Source: Bispira polyomma (Eukaryota). Taken from it: a stretch of DNA of 64,000 nt. The stretch's first letter is position 1; each line of letters begins with the position of its first letter. Of the stretch, positions 38,156 through 50,155 are shown in pieces. The notes under the pieces were generated by a model. It saw only the letters and a list, made by a program, of their open reading frames with translations, was not told the DNA's origin and did not search any database. Where the stretch lies: assembly GCA_965649765.1 (NCBI GenBank), contig OZ287755.1:58838001-58902000 (forward strand). Reading direction: 5' to 3'. Made by a program: the position numbers and the translations under genes.

Positions 38156-41100
38156 CTGCAATGTGTAAATAATGGTAAAATGCATGGTGTTATTATATAA
38201 GCTAGCACATTTACAGCTGTCCTTAAATGACATATCAACACAAGTACAACATTAGTACAATAACCAACATACTACATCATAATAAGGGCTATGACTACCA
38301 TGAGCGAGGGCCAATCACAGTGGGTTCATGGTTAATTGGTAATTGACATAATTGTTTACTTGCCCCAAATTTCTTCCGTAAGACAGACTGAACAGTTTCA
38401 GGGTGCCTTAGAGATTCAGCTATAGACCTTTTTATGGTTTTAATATTACAGCAGTACTGCGCATGTCTGTTATGAATTCTGGGAAAAGGTCACCCTCTTT
38501 GAAAATCATGACAAACTGGGATTTAGAAGCGTGATGGTGAGACCTGCATAATAAGACTTCATTGAATCATACCGAAATTTTTTTTCGACACATTTTTGTC
38601 CACTCTATTGATATTTTGAAACTAATTTACCTTGTTGGCCACTGCAGGAATTACAGCACGCTTTCCTCACATTGTCGGCTTTGCAGTAACATTTGTCCTT
38701 TGCAATTAGTTGAGGACACTCTAGATTCTCATCATCAACATTCCATACTCTAAATCTTGTGTCTAGGCACTTGGTTGCTATGGAGGAGACAAAGCAGGAA
38801 ACAAAATGTAATCTCTACAAAGTAACAGTAATATATTAAATATATTGTATAAAGTAGTCATACAACTGATTACTAACGATTACTAACAATAGCTAATGAC
38901 TCATTAACAAATTTGAAAAATTTAATTAAAATTTTTATTAGAAATATTTAACTATTCCTAATATAGCTATATGTTGGAGCCATCCAACCGATTGGCCAAC
39001 GCACAGATGCGAAATTTAAGGTATAGTACAACCTCAACCAGCGAATGGGTATACACAGTAGTCCACCCTCCCTCCAAAAGGGTCACATGATCGCTTGTTT
39101 ACTTTATTATTTCTATTGTAAAACTAGTAAAAAAATTACATGCGGGGACGGCAGGAGGGAGTCCATATATTAGGAAATGATAAGGAGTTCTAATAAAAAT
39201 TTAAACTAAAAATTAAATTTTTCAATTGTATAGTGACATACTACTACCATTTCCTAATATAGCTGAATCCAGCCTAATTAGATGGAGGAAATTCTTTTAC
39301 TAAGAACCCCTACCACCTTAACAACAGTGTGCATAGTCCATAGACAAACCAATTACACAACTACACCAGCAACCTTAGTTATAAAAGCTTAGAATACGAT
39401 GCTGAAAATGTATGTAAGTATAGCGACATTAAGCAACATCAGGTAAACTGCACAATACCTTACAAGATGCAAGGTATGAAGCTGTTCTGTAAATGTTCTG
39501 GTGGAAACTGTTCAACATATCTACATATGTACAGACTACCACCACGAACAATTGTCTCTAATCTAAAATGGAATCATATGAACATAAATACTACAATGTT
39601 ACAACATGCTGACACAATTGGACCCAACTGAAGCATTTGATCATTATGCCAACTGACGTCCTTGAGGTAAAAGTTCATGAAAGTATTTGTAGAATTTCCA
39701 AGGAAGCATTCAAAACGTTATCCAGGGAAATTCTACCCAAGTTGGTGTGTCTGGCTTTTCATACGCCAATAAAACAGTTTGTTTCCAAGAGGAAATCACA
39801 ACTTTGAAAACCTTTGTTATGACCGTGCTTAATAGCCACCAACAAGAGTTGTGTTATGTTGCCTAAGATGCTTAGTTATATCTAGGTAGCACTTTAATGT
39901 TCTCACAGGCAAAGTGACCTATCATCAAGAAAACTCCTATGTAACTGAGTTTTCAAAGCTGAAATGACCACTTGTTCTACAACGTTTGGACCATCAGAAG
40001 CCAATTGGTACTTTGCAAAAAAGCTGGTGATGGTGAAAAAGTAACCTCTGACCAAATTCTCCTTATAACTTAAAGAATTATGAGTCCAATAATGAATCGC
40101 ACTTGTTCTTATGCCAGAAGCCAAGGCCAAAAGAAAAGCGGTCTTTTAAAGCACAACCTTGAGAGATGCCTTACCTAAAGATTCAAAAGGAACCTTAGAA
40201 AGTAGAAGAAACACCAGAGACAAAACCCAATTCGGTATGGATCTATTTTCTACTGGCTTATCCCTATAGAAACTGGTAATAAGTCAAGTCAAGCCTAGAC
40301 TCTTAAACACAGTTCCCCCTGCACTACTAAGATCATCTGCAATAGCAGATCTATATCCCACAATAGAAGATGGTTTCAAGCCTTTTCCCCAAATAAAATG
40401 TTCAGAAAAATTGCTACATCTGGTATAAGAATATTAGATAGAGATGTCCACCTTATTTTGATCACAACATCTTGTAAAATCTGTTGCTAAATGACTGTTT
40501 AACAGATTCCACCATAATGGAAGCCTCATTGGTGATTTTTTTGGACAACTCTATGAGGCCCCAAAACCACGGCACTCTTTAGCCTGAGGTATGAGAGCTA
40601 CTGGACAACGATATAGGAATCCAGATTCTCACAAGAAAGGTTTAACTAATCTATTTCCTAGCTTGATTGTCCAGGACAGACGAGACATAATGTGGCACCT
40701 TGAAATTATGATTTGTCGCAAACAGATCAACCTCTGATTGATACCAAGTGTGACTAATCATGTAACCTGAGGATTCAGAAACTATTCGGTCTGAATCACC
40801 CTGTCTCTTTGAGATAGAGCATCTGCCAAAACATTTAAATGCCCTGCTGCTCAAATTCTGAATTATTTCTACAGTTTCCATCTAGCAAGTCGGGAGAAGG
40901 AAGTACTAGTTTACCTGGCTTAAAATCTTGCACTGGCCCCATTTCCTGGTAGATTTTGGAACTAAACTCGTCCAGTCTCTTCTTACCTGAAAGTATTGCG
41001 TTTTTGTTCATCATATGGTAAAAAGCTTTCATCAAAATTGCTGTGTCCCTGGGCCCAAAATTTCTTGAAAGTCTCGCATAATTTTTTAAGAATGGAAATG

Positions 41101-44100
41101 TTTAAATTCAGGCAATATTCTTCCTTTAAACTTTGCACTTCTTGCAAAATTCTTGCAGGTATATCCTTCCAATTTCACTGCTGCCATGCCTGCTAATAAA
41201 TAGACGGACTGCCTCCTGAGCACTGATTGTGACTTCCTTCTGGTGCCTCTGGAAGACCTGAAAAATTCCCTGGATGAAGAGATATCTTTTCTTCTGAGTG
41301 AAGATATGTAAAGGAATTATGTCTGTTGTTCTCATGTGGACTAGCCGAATCTCTATTCACATGTGAGTTAAGTTGGATGTTAGGCAACTTCTACACAGGA
41401 ACAAGACATTCTGAATGAAGGATAAAATTATCAGCTTCTGTGAATCATCGTCATAGATATCTTGGAACAAAACTTCAGGAAAAAATGCCTTTCTACCTAC
41501 AGAAGAGACATATCTGCTGTGAGACATTAAAGTTTCTATCAAAGTGATCATGCCTTTGGCCAAAAAACTATTGATAGAAACCTGTAACTGAACACAGTCT
41601 TTCATACCTTCAAAGCACGGTCAAAGTCTTCTTCTGAGTCCACTGACTTAAGCTTAAGCCTACTCTTCTAAATGTCAGCAATCGATATGGTATAAGCTCA
41701 GGTGCCTTAAGTCAAGGAGTTCTTCCTAAAGGCTGGAACCCCTTAAAAAACCCAGAGGTTTCTCCAATTTCAAGCTGGTGCCAATACAGTAATTAAGATG
41801 TATGAACCCCGCCAGTGTATAAGGGAACCCCGGAGACATTAGAAGATGAGTATGATGACACATCTATGGTAGTCTTTAAAATAGACTGTATCATAGAAAA
41901 ACCCCATGTGATTTAAGATGACTGTCAATGACTTGCTTAATAAATTAAGTCAATCAATAGTCAGCCTTGTCAGAAACCTATAAAATTCTGTTTTGCCTCA
42001 ATTTCTGATATTAAAGGTGGTACTGCAAAAATCAGGCATTTTTAAAGTATGGACAAAACCTCAAAATTCCGTACTAGCTGATCACCATCTTCAGTAACCC
42101 TGGACTCAGCATAGTCATCTGATACATCTAGCCGTGATATTTTAGGGGGGTACTGATTCTCTGTGTACATCACCACTAGCCTTGCCCTTGGATAAACTAC
42201 AGTGAGTACTAAATATAACTGGGGAGCGATCTTCAGTGGAGCATTCCGCGTGGTCAGCATTCAGGGCAGTATAGAACATCTTTTTGCAGTCTAATCTTTC
42301 GCTGACTTGTCCATCTGTTGAATTTTAGATGATTGCCAATGAAAACCAAAGGAACTTCTGTTCTGTTTTCTTGTTCTATCACTTCCTGCTGAGAAGAGAT
42401 GGATACCTCGGTGCCAATGACAAGCAAAGGCACACCTACCTTCTGCTGTGGTGTTAAGTCTGGTGAAAGCATTCTCAATAGTGTTTAAGCTAAATAAGAA
42501 AGACCCATTCGATTTAAATGGGTGCCAAAGAGTGCTTAATATTCAAGTCAACCGTTGGATCAACCTTGTCACTTTTCTTTTGTTGCATCACTTCCTGGTC
42601 AGTAGTAAGGTAGTTTACGACGAGACCTTGTAAGTCATATCTTCTCTGGTAGCAAACTTAATTTGTGACAAAAAGTGTGGCAAAAGACTGCTTAAAAGCT
42701 AGCCTAATAATATTTCTGTAGCAAATATTCTGTCAAAATTAACGGGCATGAATCAAGTTCGATCCCACACGAAAAGTGACTTAAGATTCGATTTCAAAAT
42801 GAAACATTCTCGTAAAAATTAACCACTAACAAAGGGAATCTCTCTGCATTTGCTGTAGAATTCATTGCCTTGTAGATACAAGTATTATTAGTTGAATAGA
42901 TGAAGTAAAAAAAATCTTAAAAAAGAAAATCCCCTAAACTCCAAATATTTCAAAAGATGGACTTTACTGTTGATGGCCAACAAAAATAATGAAGTAAACA
43001 ATTGATCATGTAACCCTTTTGGCAGGCTACCCACTGGCTGGTTAAGGTAGTACTATACTTTAAATTGCGCATCTCTGCGTTGGTCAATCTGTTGGATGGC
43101 TCCAACATATAGCTATATTAGGAAATGGTAGTATTATTTCGCTATAAAAGGTAACGATTGATTAACAATTTATAACGATATAATAACAAAAATGAGAAAG
43201 TTTCCAAAGAGATGTAAATAAATGGGAAGCCAATGTAATTTGTGAGATATGGAGAGACATCAGTATGGATGGCCAGATGACAAATGACCCTACATGGATA
43301 GTTTTGAATGGACTTTTTAAAAAGCTACTTTCTACCCAGAACAGAAGCCAATTGCAATAGTCAATATTTTAGATTGTATCAATTGGTTCTTAAGATCAAG
43401 AAAGAACAGATGGAGTATTAGTGGGGACATAATTGTTTAATTATTATGATCACTAGTACTAAAAATAAAAGGAATTTAAACATGTATGAATGGCTGACGG
43501 TTTGGAAACAAAATGCTTCTGACGTAGGAAATATAAATCACCATAATATTTGCCTTGTTAAGTTAAAGTTTAAAATGACTGATTTTTGATTTGCATAATA
43601 ATTTTATGATAACTTCTATTTCTCTTTCAAAACTGCTACTTATTTCAGAAAGAGTTCTACTCTATCTTACAACTCTATCTTCAGGTCAATCAAATCGCTC
43701 ATTGTCAAAGTCTTTCTTCAGGTCAATCAAATCACCCATTGTCAGAATTTTTCTTCAGGTTAATCAAATCACCCGTTATCAAACTCTTTCTGCATATAAT
43801 TCAAATCACCTGTTGGCAAACTTTATCTTCAGGTCAATCAAATCACCCATTGTCAAACTCTTTCTTCAGATCCATCAAATCACGCATTGTCAAACTCTAT
43901 CTTCAAGTCAATCAAATCACCCACTGTCAAAAAAATATTTTCAGGTCAACCAAAGTACCTGTTGTCAAACTCTTTGTTTAGGCCAATCAAATCACCCATT
44001 GTAAAACTCTTTCTTCAGGTCAATAAAATCACCTATTGTCAAACTCTTTGTTTGGGTCAATCAAATTACATGTTGTATAAATATCCACCACAGCTTCACA

Positions 44101-47100
44101 CTCACCCACTCCGGCACAAGACTGACAACAACTGGACCTTGCCTTGCCATACTGCACACAGAGCTCAGGGAAATTCTCAGCTAACTCTTTACAGGAAGTG
44201 ATAATGTGACCATTAGACAAGGGCACTGAAAAGCCATCACTGTCCAAATCCTGGCAGTTGCAGTCAGTTGTAACTAAAAAGCAAACAAGAGTTGTCTCTT
44301 TAAAAAGGCACAAGCGCACAGTGTGATAACTAGAAAACTGACAATCCCTAAGTTTGGCTCGGTCAATTGCTTCCAACCAATCCATGAAGGTCTTACATAT
44401 TTTTTCAACGTGGTGGCGTAACATAACTGCACCTTTCTCAGAATAAAAACAATGTCAGGCTATGCCTGATAAATATTTTGATCAATATTAATATAAAATG
44501 ACAGTGTCTTCTGTCATTAGGTCATATCATCCTCAGGTCTCTCTCTCTCTTCAATTATGGGGGAAATGATAGTTAACCAATGCTGGTATTGGCTGTAACT
44601 GGCAGACAAGAAAAGGTGAACTAATTTAATTTAGCGATTTTATAAATATGTATATGTGCAATACAAGATTACAAAAAATATCACATGGAAGTGAGAATGT
44701 AAGATAATGTTTTCTAAAAAATCATGTTAATATAAGTATGTATGAAATCAAATAAACAATCTAGGTACAGGATATCTGGATGCCTAATCATAGGTAAATA
44801 AACTTTAGATGCTGATATATTTTATGATATAATCATCTAATGCAATGTATAAGTCACTATTTTAACTTTGCTAAACACAGCCTGTTCAAGGCGAGATGTA
44901 TTGATTTCCCATAATATTTTTTAGTGTAGTACCTGTTTTAGTCTAGTGTACATAGTAACGACATTTGATGATCTAAAATTCTCTGTAAACATGGGGCCTT
45001 TATGACAGAAAATACAGTGTGTGCATTGTACACTGGTTTGCCAATTATTAAATCAAATTTGTAATTTGAAAAATCAAAAATTGTTTGTCTAGAAGACTAC
45101 CCCAAATATAACCGTGGCATCAATGTTCAAATTTGGTTGTTTAGAAGCACGCTTGCTGCAGCACCTGACCCACATCCCCCTCACCACCTTTAGATCTGGC
45201 TTTGCGAAGGATTGTTCTGCTTGCAAAAAACAATGCTGACATGAGCATGCTATGATATGAGAGATTTTTAAAGCGCCTAATTGATGCGCAGCATCTTATG
45301 AAGTGCAACATCATTGTTGTTAAAATTTAAAAGTATGTTTCCAATTTCCAATGCAATTTTGTGATAAGGGGTGACGTTGAAGAGAAAGATGTCTATGGAG
45401 GGTAAACGAGGGTAAAGAGATGGTTTTTAAGGTTACTTCTAAAGACAGAGAGGGTTTTCTGTAATCTTATATTGACTTGTAAATTATTCCACAGGGTAGA
45501 TGCTGCAACAGAGAAGGCATTATGAGGATCCAATCTGTGTACTGGTTCCAGTATCAGTCACTAATTCTGTTACACCTGGTAAGCCTGCTAAAAGACAGCA
45601 ATGAGGCAAGATCTGGGGGGACTGGACAAAGGTTTACAGCTTTATATGTAGTAACATATTGGTCTTGAAGTCTTGGTCAGTCATGAAAAACATGTTGAAA
45701 GTAACATTAAAACAGAGGAGACTTACCAACATCCTTGCAAGAAGCACAGCATCTCTTCCTGACGACGACGTTTTTCTGGCCTGGATACTTCAAGACTTGC
45801 CTACAGTTGCAGGGATCTTGTGCTATATACTCTGAGCAGGTGTACAGGTCAGAGCCATCTGGTGACCGAAACCGCGAGCCGTCATCTAGGCAATTTGAGT
45901 CTGCAAAGTAGAGTAAGTTTGAAATATTTTCTGCTGAGTTTCAAACCTGGGCTGTCACGGATCTTGAGAACAATAGTCCAGTACACTTAACAGTTGAGCT
46001 AAAAGGGAAACCTCGGAAGTCTGAGTGTTTAATGCGCTGATATACACAGATATTACATGCCTCTCCCCCACGAAGACCTGTCCTCAGGTCTTATACAACT
46101 ACTACATTAACTCAAATAACTCACTTGGCCTTCGAGAGGGGTGATCTTTCCATTGATCTCTACCATGTAAATTTGAAATAAATAATGGTGCAGCTGGGTT
46201 TTCAATCTGGGTTGTCACCGATCTTGAGATTAATAGCCCAGTACACTAACAGTTGAGCTAGAGGTAAGTGGTAATGTCATCAATTTTGCTTTCATTAATT
46301 AAAAAGGCTTTTTCTTCCAATGACATATATTTTGACTAAAGACTTATGTTTTCCTTTCAACAACTTACCTCTTCCAAAAATTGACAAAAAATTCACCTGA
46401 AACAGCAAGGCTAAAAGAGTTATCTTTATGACATTGTGGTGAGTTAAAGACCTTTCTTTTCAGTTCAGACTTATCTTTGCCTTCCTAAGACTTATCTTTG
46501 GGCCCTCCAGACTCATTTAATCTTTATATGCAAATGTTTCCAATTCTTTGTCAAAAATCGTAAAGGAATGCCAAGAATTGGCAGGATCATACAATTGGGG
46601 CCACTCCCGGTTAGGCAAAGATAATAGTTGGTTCCACTGTCTGGTTATGCTGTACAGCAGAGATCAATTTTTAAAAGCATCCTTAATTTTTACTACAAAC
46701 CCGTTCATTGCTCATGTGAATACCCACTGATTCGAAATTAACTTTTATTCTTTGCTTGTAATTGTGAGACCGCGCCTAATGCAGGATACTGTAATACATG
46801 GGGAATCTGTGTACACTGTAGATGTCACAAGAATACTCTACAATTAAGTCTGCTTTGTGAGGTCAGAGAGAAACATCAATACTCCTAGGCATCTAGGTGC
46901 CGTGTTTATCCGGGCTATCAGGCCTTAACCTTTTATCTCATACTTAATGTGGGAGACCATTTATGGGACTAAAGTGGAGATGATAACTATCTACTAACAT
47001 AGTAGCCCTTTCATGACTGAGCGAGAAGTATTACCGTAAATGAAAGAAATACCAAGGTCTAAGGTTGAAGAAAGTTGGATTGACCAAAACAACACCAATT

Positions 47101-49539
47101 TTTTGTAAATATTTTTTAAACTTTTTTTTGTTTTTTTGTTTCTACATATTTCTTACTACTTCGCCTTGGATAGCAAGAGTAGCCACGCCCCCCCCCCCCC
47201 CCCCCCCATCAACTTTTTACCAACAGTCATATATAGTTGGTGTGAATAGCATTAATGCTGCCGACTGCTATATCTGACAATGATGTACTATAGGTGTCGA
47301 AACGGTAAAGGACGGGGTACTTTTTTCTGAACCTGGAGCCAGAAACTTACCAACATGCTGGCAGGTTTGGCAGCATCTAGCCCTCCCCTCTGGTGTTGCA
47401 CAAATTTGAGGAAATGCAATTTTGAGTTTCTCACAAGTGATGATATGTCCAAGAACCTTGTTCTCTTTGTTCCTGACTTCTATACCAGGTGCTTTGAGGG
47501 TGTCTCTGCATGGTCCTGTAGGGAGTACAGTAAACGAGTGTCAACAAAGAAAGAAACTTACGTCTGTGGAAATTCAAACATTAATATAAAATTAATAGTC
47601 GCAGGCAGTAACCGTAATTATAAAAATGAGCTTTAGTTTAACGCTGTTAAGTCGGATAGCTAGGGAGGAGGACAACTACCTCTACTTAAGCATGATTTCC
47701 ATTCAACAGGGTAGATTTCAACAGAAAAGGGCTTCTCTGGCACGACATGCGTTTTTCTCCACATAAAAAGCTAAATTGGCTCCACAATGTTCTACTTAAA
47801 GGGCTTTGATATTACTTTTATTATGATATTTAATGATTTGACTAAATATAGTAAAAGTTCCACTAATGCATGAACACCTCCCTGAATAGTAAACACCTCC
47901 CTATAGTTAATGATTTTTCACGGTTCCATGTTTTGTCTCCATTGATTCCGTACTAAAATATGCGGACAGCGTTTGATAAGTAATACAAAAGATCTCCATA
48001 AGTTATAATGATCATATTTTATGTATTTTAATTTTTTTTTCAAATTTTTTTCCTTTTATTTTTTTGTGTACTAAATTTGTTTTGGTTCATAAATAAATAA
48101 TTTTAAATAAGAAACGTTTTGTTAAACAGCCTTTGTTCTTTAGTTCATCCAGTATTTAACATATATATAGGCTGGGGTCACACTAATCTGGGTTTAATCA
48201 TGTTCTGTATTGAAACAGATTCATCTGAATACATATTGCAGGGTCCAGAAATAGAATTCTTGTAGGAATAGGTTTGACTAAACATAGGCTAGATTTGTGT
48301 AAAGTCAACATAGTTTAACATTTAGGGTGCAAGTAGAGATGTTTTTGTTTTCGATATAGAATAAAAAATATGAAAATATGTGAAGAGAAAATCAATTATT
48401 AATAACAAAAAAACTACCATAATGGCAAAAATTATTTACTGTAAAAGCTCTATTATCTGAACGTTTTTGTCCAAATATTCAAATAAAGACATTGCCAATG
48501 TCCCAAATTTGTCCTTCTTCTTGTTTATAAACCTTTTATATTATTCATACACAAAAATTTTCTGATATAGTAGTTTATCTGTGCAATTGAATATTTGATT
48601 TACTTAAATAAACCCTAACCATAAACTTAATCAATGGTAGCCTTAAATTGCAAAGCAATTCAAGGCTCCCTTTTTCTAAATCTTATCAAGCTCGGGTGGC
48701 CCCCATCTAGTGATTGAATAAGTGTAGTCTTTTAACATAGAAATAAAATTGATATCCCAAACATGCTCGTTCATATTTCGTGTTTACCATAATGCTAAGG
48801 TCACACCGAAGGGCAATGAAATAATTAAATTAGAAATTAGATTTAATTAGAAAGAAAGTTACTATTTACAGTTTAATAATCGTGCAATGAAAACTGCAAT
48901 AGAAAATAGCTACAATCTCTGACAACATGTAAAAAGTATTGGATTTACTAGTTCAATTCTACAAGTCCAATATTTTTTGGCTTTCATCACATTTTTATCT
49001 TAAATGTTAGCTCATGTAAAATATAATCAAAAGGAAGATTTACTTCACTTAAAACAATATTTACTTAAAATAAACGAGGATTTTATATGTTATAAAAATC
49101 CCCAAAAATGTGGACAAGTTTTTCAGATTTTAAAATCTTTTAAGACGGCCATAATTATGTTTATGAAATACAAATTGCCCATAATTTGGAAGATATTAAA
49201 ATAATAATTTTTAAATTCTTCAATATATATATATGTCACCTTAAAAATAAGTTACACCAGGATTGATCACATTCCATAAACAAGTTCATTTTGTTTAGCA
49301 GATAATATATTACAACTATATCCCCCAAAACATTATTTTTCAGTTTTATGTATAACTGTTTTTGTTATTATACATTTAAAGAACAATACAAGAACACTCA
49401 AAATAAATTAGTCATTTAAAACCTCTCTCAGTATATGTATATAATTTAATAAGTTTCTATGTAAGACTTCCTCACCCATACAGAGTATCAAATTCCCATA
49501 GAAATGAGCAGCAACGAATATCCAGAGAAAAAACTGCAT
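37965..49539 (-). CDS. Predicted secreted cysteine-rich protein, 302 aa, signal peptide plus five PLAC-like modules; join(49539..49476,47515..47351,45900..45727,44273..44106,38777..38631,38155..37965)
   Basis: Six GT-AG exons, all introns phase 1, 64+165+174+168+147+191=909 nt with no internal stop. Hydrophobic N-terminus MQFFLWIFVAAHFYGNLILCMG. Each later exon encodes C-x-[DN]-x(n)-C-x(10-12)-C-x(8-17)-CC-x-[STA]-C. Confidence 0.88.
38631..38777 (-). CDS. Cys-rich gene exon 5, module 4 (TKCLDTRFRVWNVDDENLECPQLIAKDKCYCKADNVRKACCNSCSGQQ)
   Basis: ctcctccatag acceptor, AAG|gtaaat donor, 7 Cys. Confidence 0.9.
38910..43148 (-). mobile_element. DIRS1-type tyrosine-recombinase retrotransposon, decayed and internally deleted, in intron 4 of the Cys-rich gene
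   Basis: Inverted terminal repeats (about 38950-39112 vs 42985-43130); internal complementary region at 39165-39262 matching both ends; remnants FLLALASGIRTSAIH (YR), VDLFATNHNFKVPHYVS (MT-like), NVLADALS (RNase H end), METVEIIQNL (RT start). Confidence 0.85.
43670..44068. repeat. 37-bp minisatellite (tcttcaggtcaatcaaatcacccattgtcaaactctt)n
   Basis: About 10-11 units; explains the three overlapping + ORFs at 43591-44201. Confidence 0.95.
44106..44273 (-). CDS. Cys-rich gene exon 4, module 3 (TTDCNCQDLDSDGFSVPLSNGHIITSCKELAENFPELCVQYGKARSSCCQSCAGV)
   Basis: gctttttag acceptor, TGG|gtgagt donor; lies inside ORF 44029..44424; 7 Cys. Confidence 0.9.
45727..45900 (-). CDS. Cys-rich gene exon 3, module 2 (SNCLDDGSRFRSPDGSDLYTCSEYIAQDPCNCRQVLKYPGQKNVVVRKRCCASCKDV)
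   Basis: ctttgcag acceptor, TTG|gtaagt donor, 7 Cys. Confidence 0.9.
47351..47515 (-). CDS. Cys-rich gene exon 2, module 1 (PCRDTLKAPGIEVRNKENKVLGHIITCEKLKIAFPQICATPEGRARCCQTCQHV)
   Basis: ctccctacag acceptor, TTG|gtaagt donor, 6 Cys. Confidence 0.9.
49476..49539 (-). CDS. Cys-rich gene exon 1: signal peptide MQFFLWIFVAAHFYGNLILCM
   Basis: aaaaATG context, hydrophobic 21-mer, ATGG|gtgagg phase-1 donor. Confidence 0.75.
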
Positions 49540-50020
49540 TTTTTTACCAGTCCAAGAAGCTTCTCTGTATCACAGATCTCTTTTGAAAGAAATCTTAAGA
49601 TTCTAACGTATTATGTGTGAGGGACGGTCTCAAAGAGAAGTTGGGTTTCATTCTGTTACAAGGTATAGCAATTACTCATCTGAAATTGATCTCCGATTGC
49701 TTTATTTTTTTTTCAATGAAAATGTCACAATTAGTGACGTTTTAATGTCTCAATATGTAAAAATAAAAAAAATAATCTTATTTTTACGAATATGGTCAGC
49801 AGTGAGTACAGAAGAACAAAATTAGTCTGACTTTTCTTTAATCTTCGTTTTTCTCTCAAACTACTCAATAAAATAATTTTTGAAAGGTTTCTCCATGGTG
49901 TGTTAAACATTTGTGAACATACTACATCTACTCATGTCATAGACTGTCAATTTTAAGAGAACAATATATGTATACTTACCAATTTAGGCAAACAATATTG
50001 AAAACTACTAGCTACTAACT

Positions 50021-50155
50021 GACTACTGTATATGCCCATTGGCCGGCTAAGGTAGTACTATACCTTAAGAATCCCATATCTGCGTTGGCCAATGGGTTGG
50101 ATGGCTCCAACAAATAGCTATGTTAGGAAATTGTAGCAGTAATTGGCTATAGAAT
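50021..50155 (-). mobile_element. Isolated terminal repeat of the same DIRS family
   Basis: Aligns with 43030-43148 (ggtagtactata...tctgcgttgg.caat..gttggatggctccaaca.atagcta..ttaggaaat). Confidence 0.85.

Noticed and set aside
43591-44201. Three overlapping + strand ORFs
   Set aside because: Artefacts of the 37-bp tandem repeat and of the antisense strand of a real exon.
46369-46396. 28-nt exon-like segment with good splice sites in intron 2 of the Cys-rich gene
   Set aside because: Its length is not a multiple of three, so it breaks the frame; at most a cryptic or poison exon, and unsupported.
47556-47572. Possible 2-nt micro-exon (ttccacag|AC|gtaagt) just upstream of module 1
   Set aside because: Inclusion shifts the frame to a stop within 12 codons and leaves an intron of only about 46 nt.
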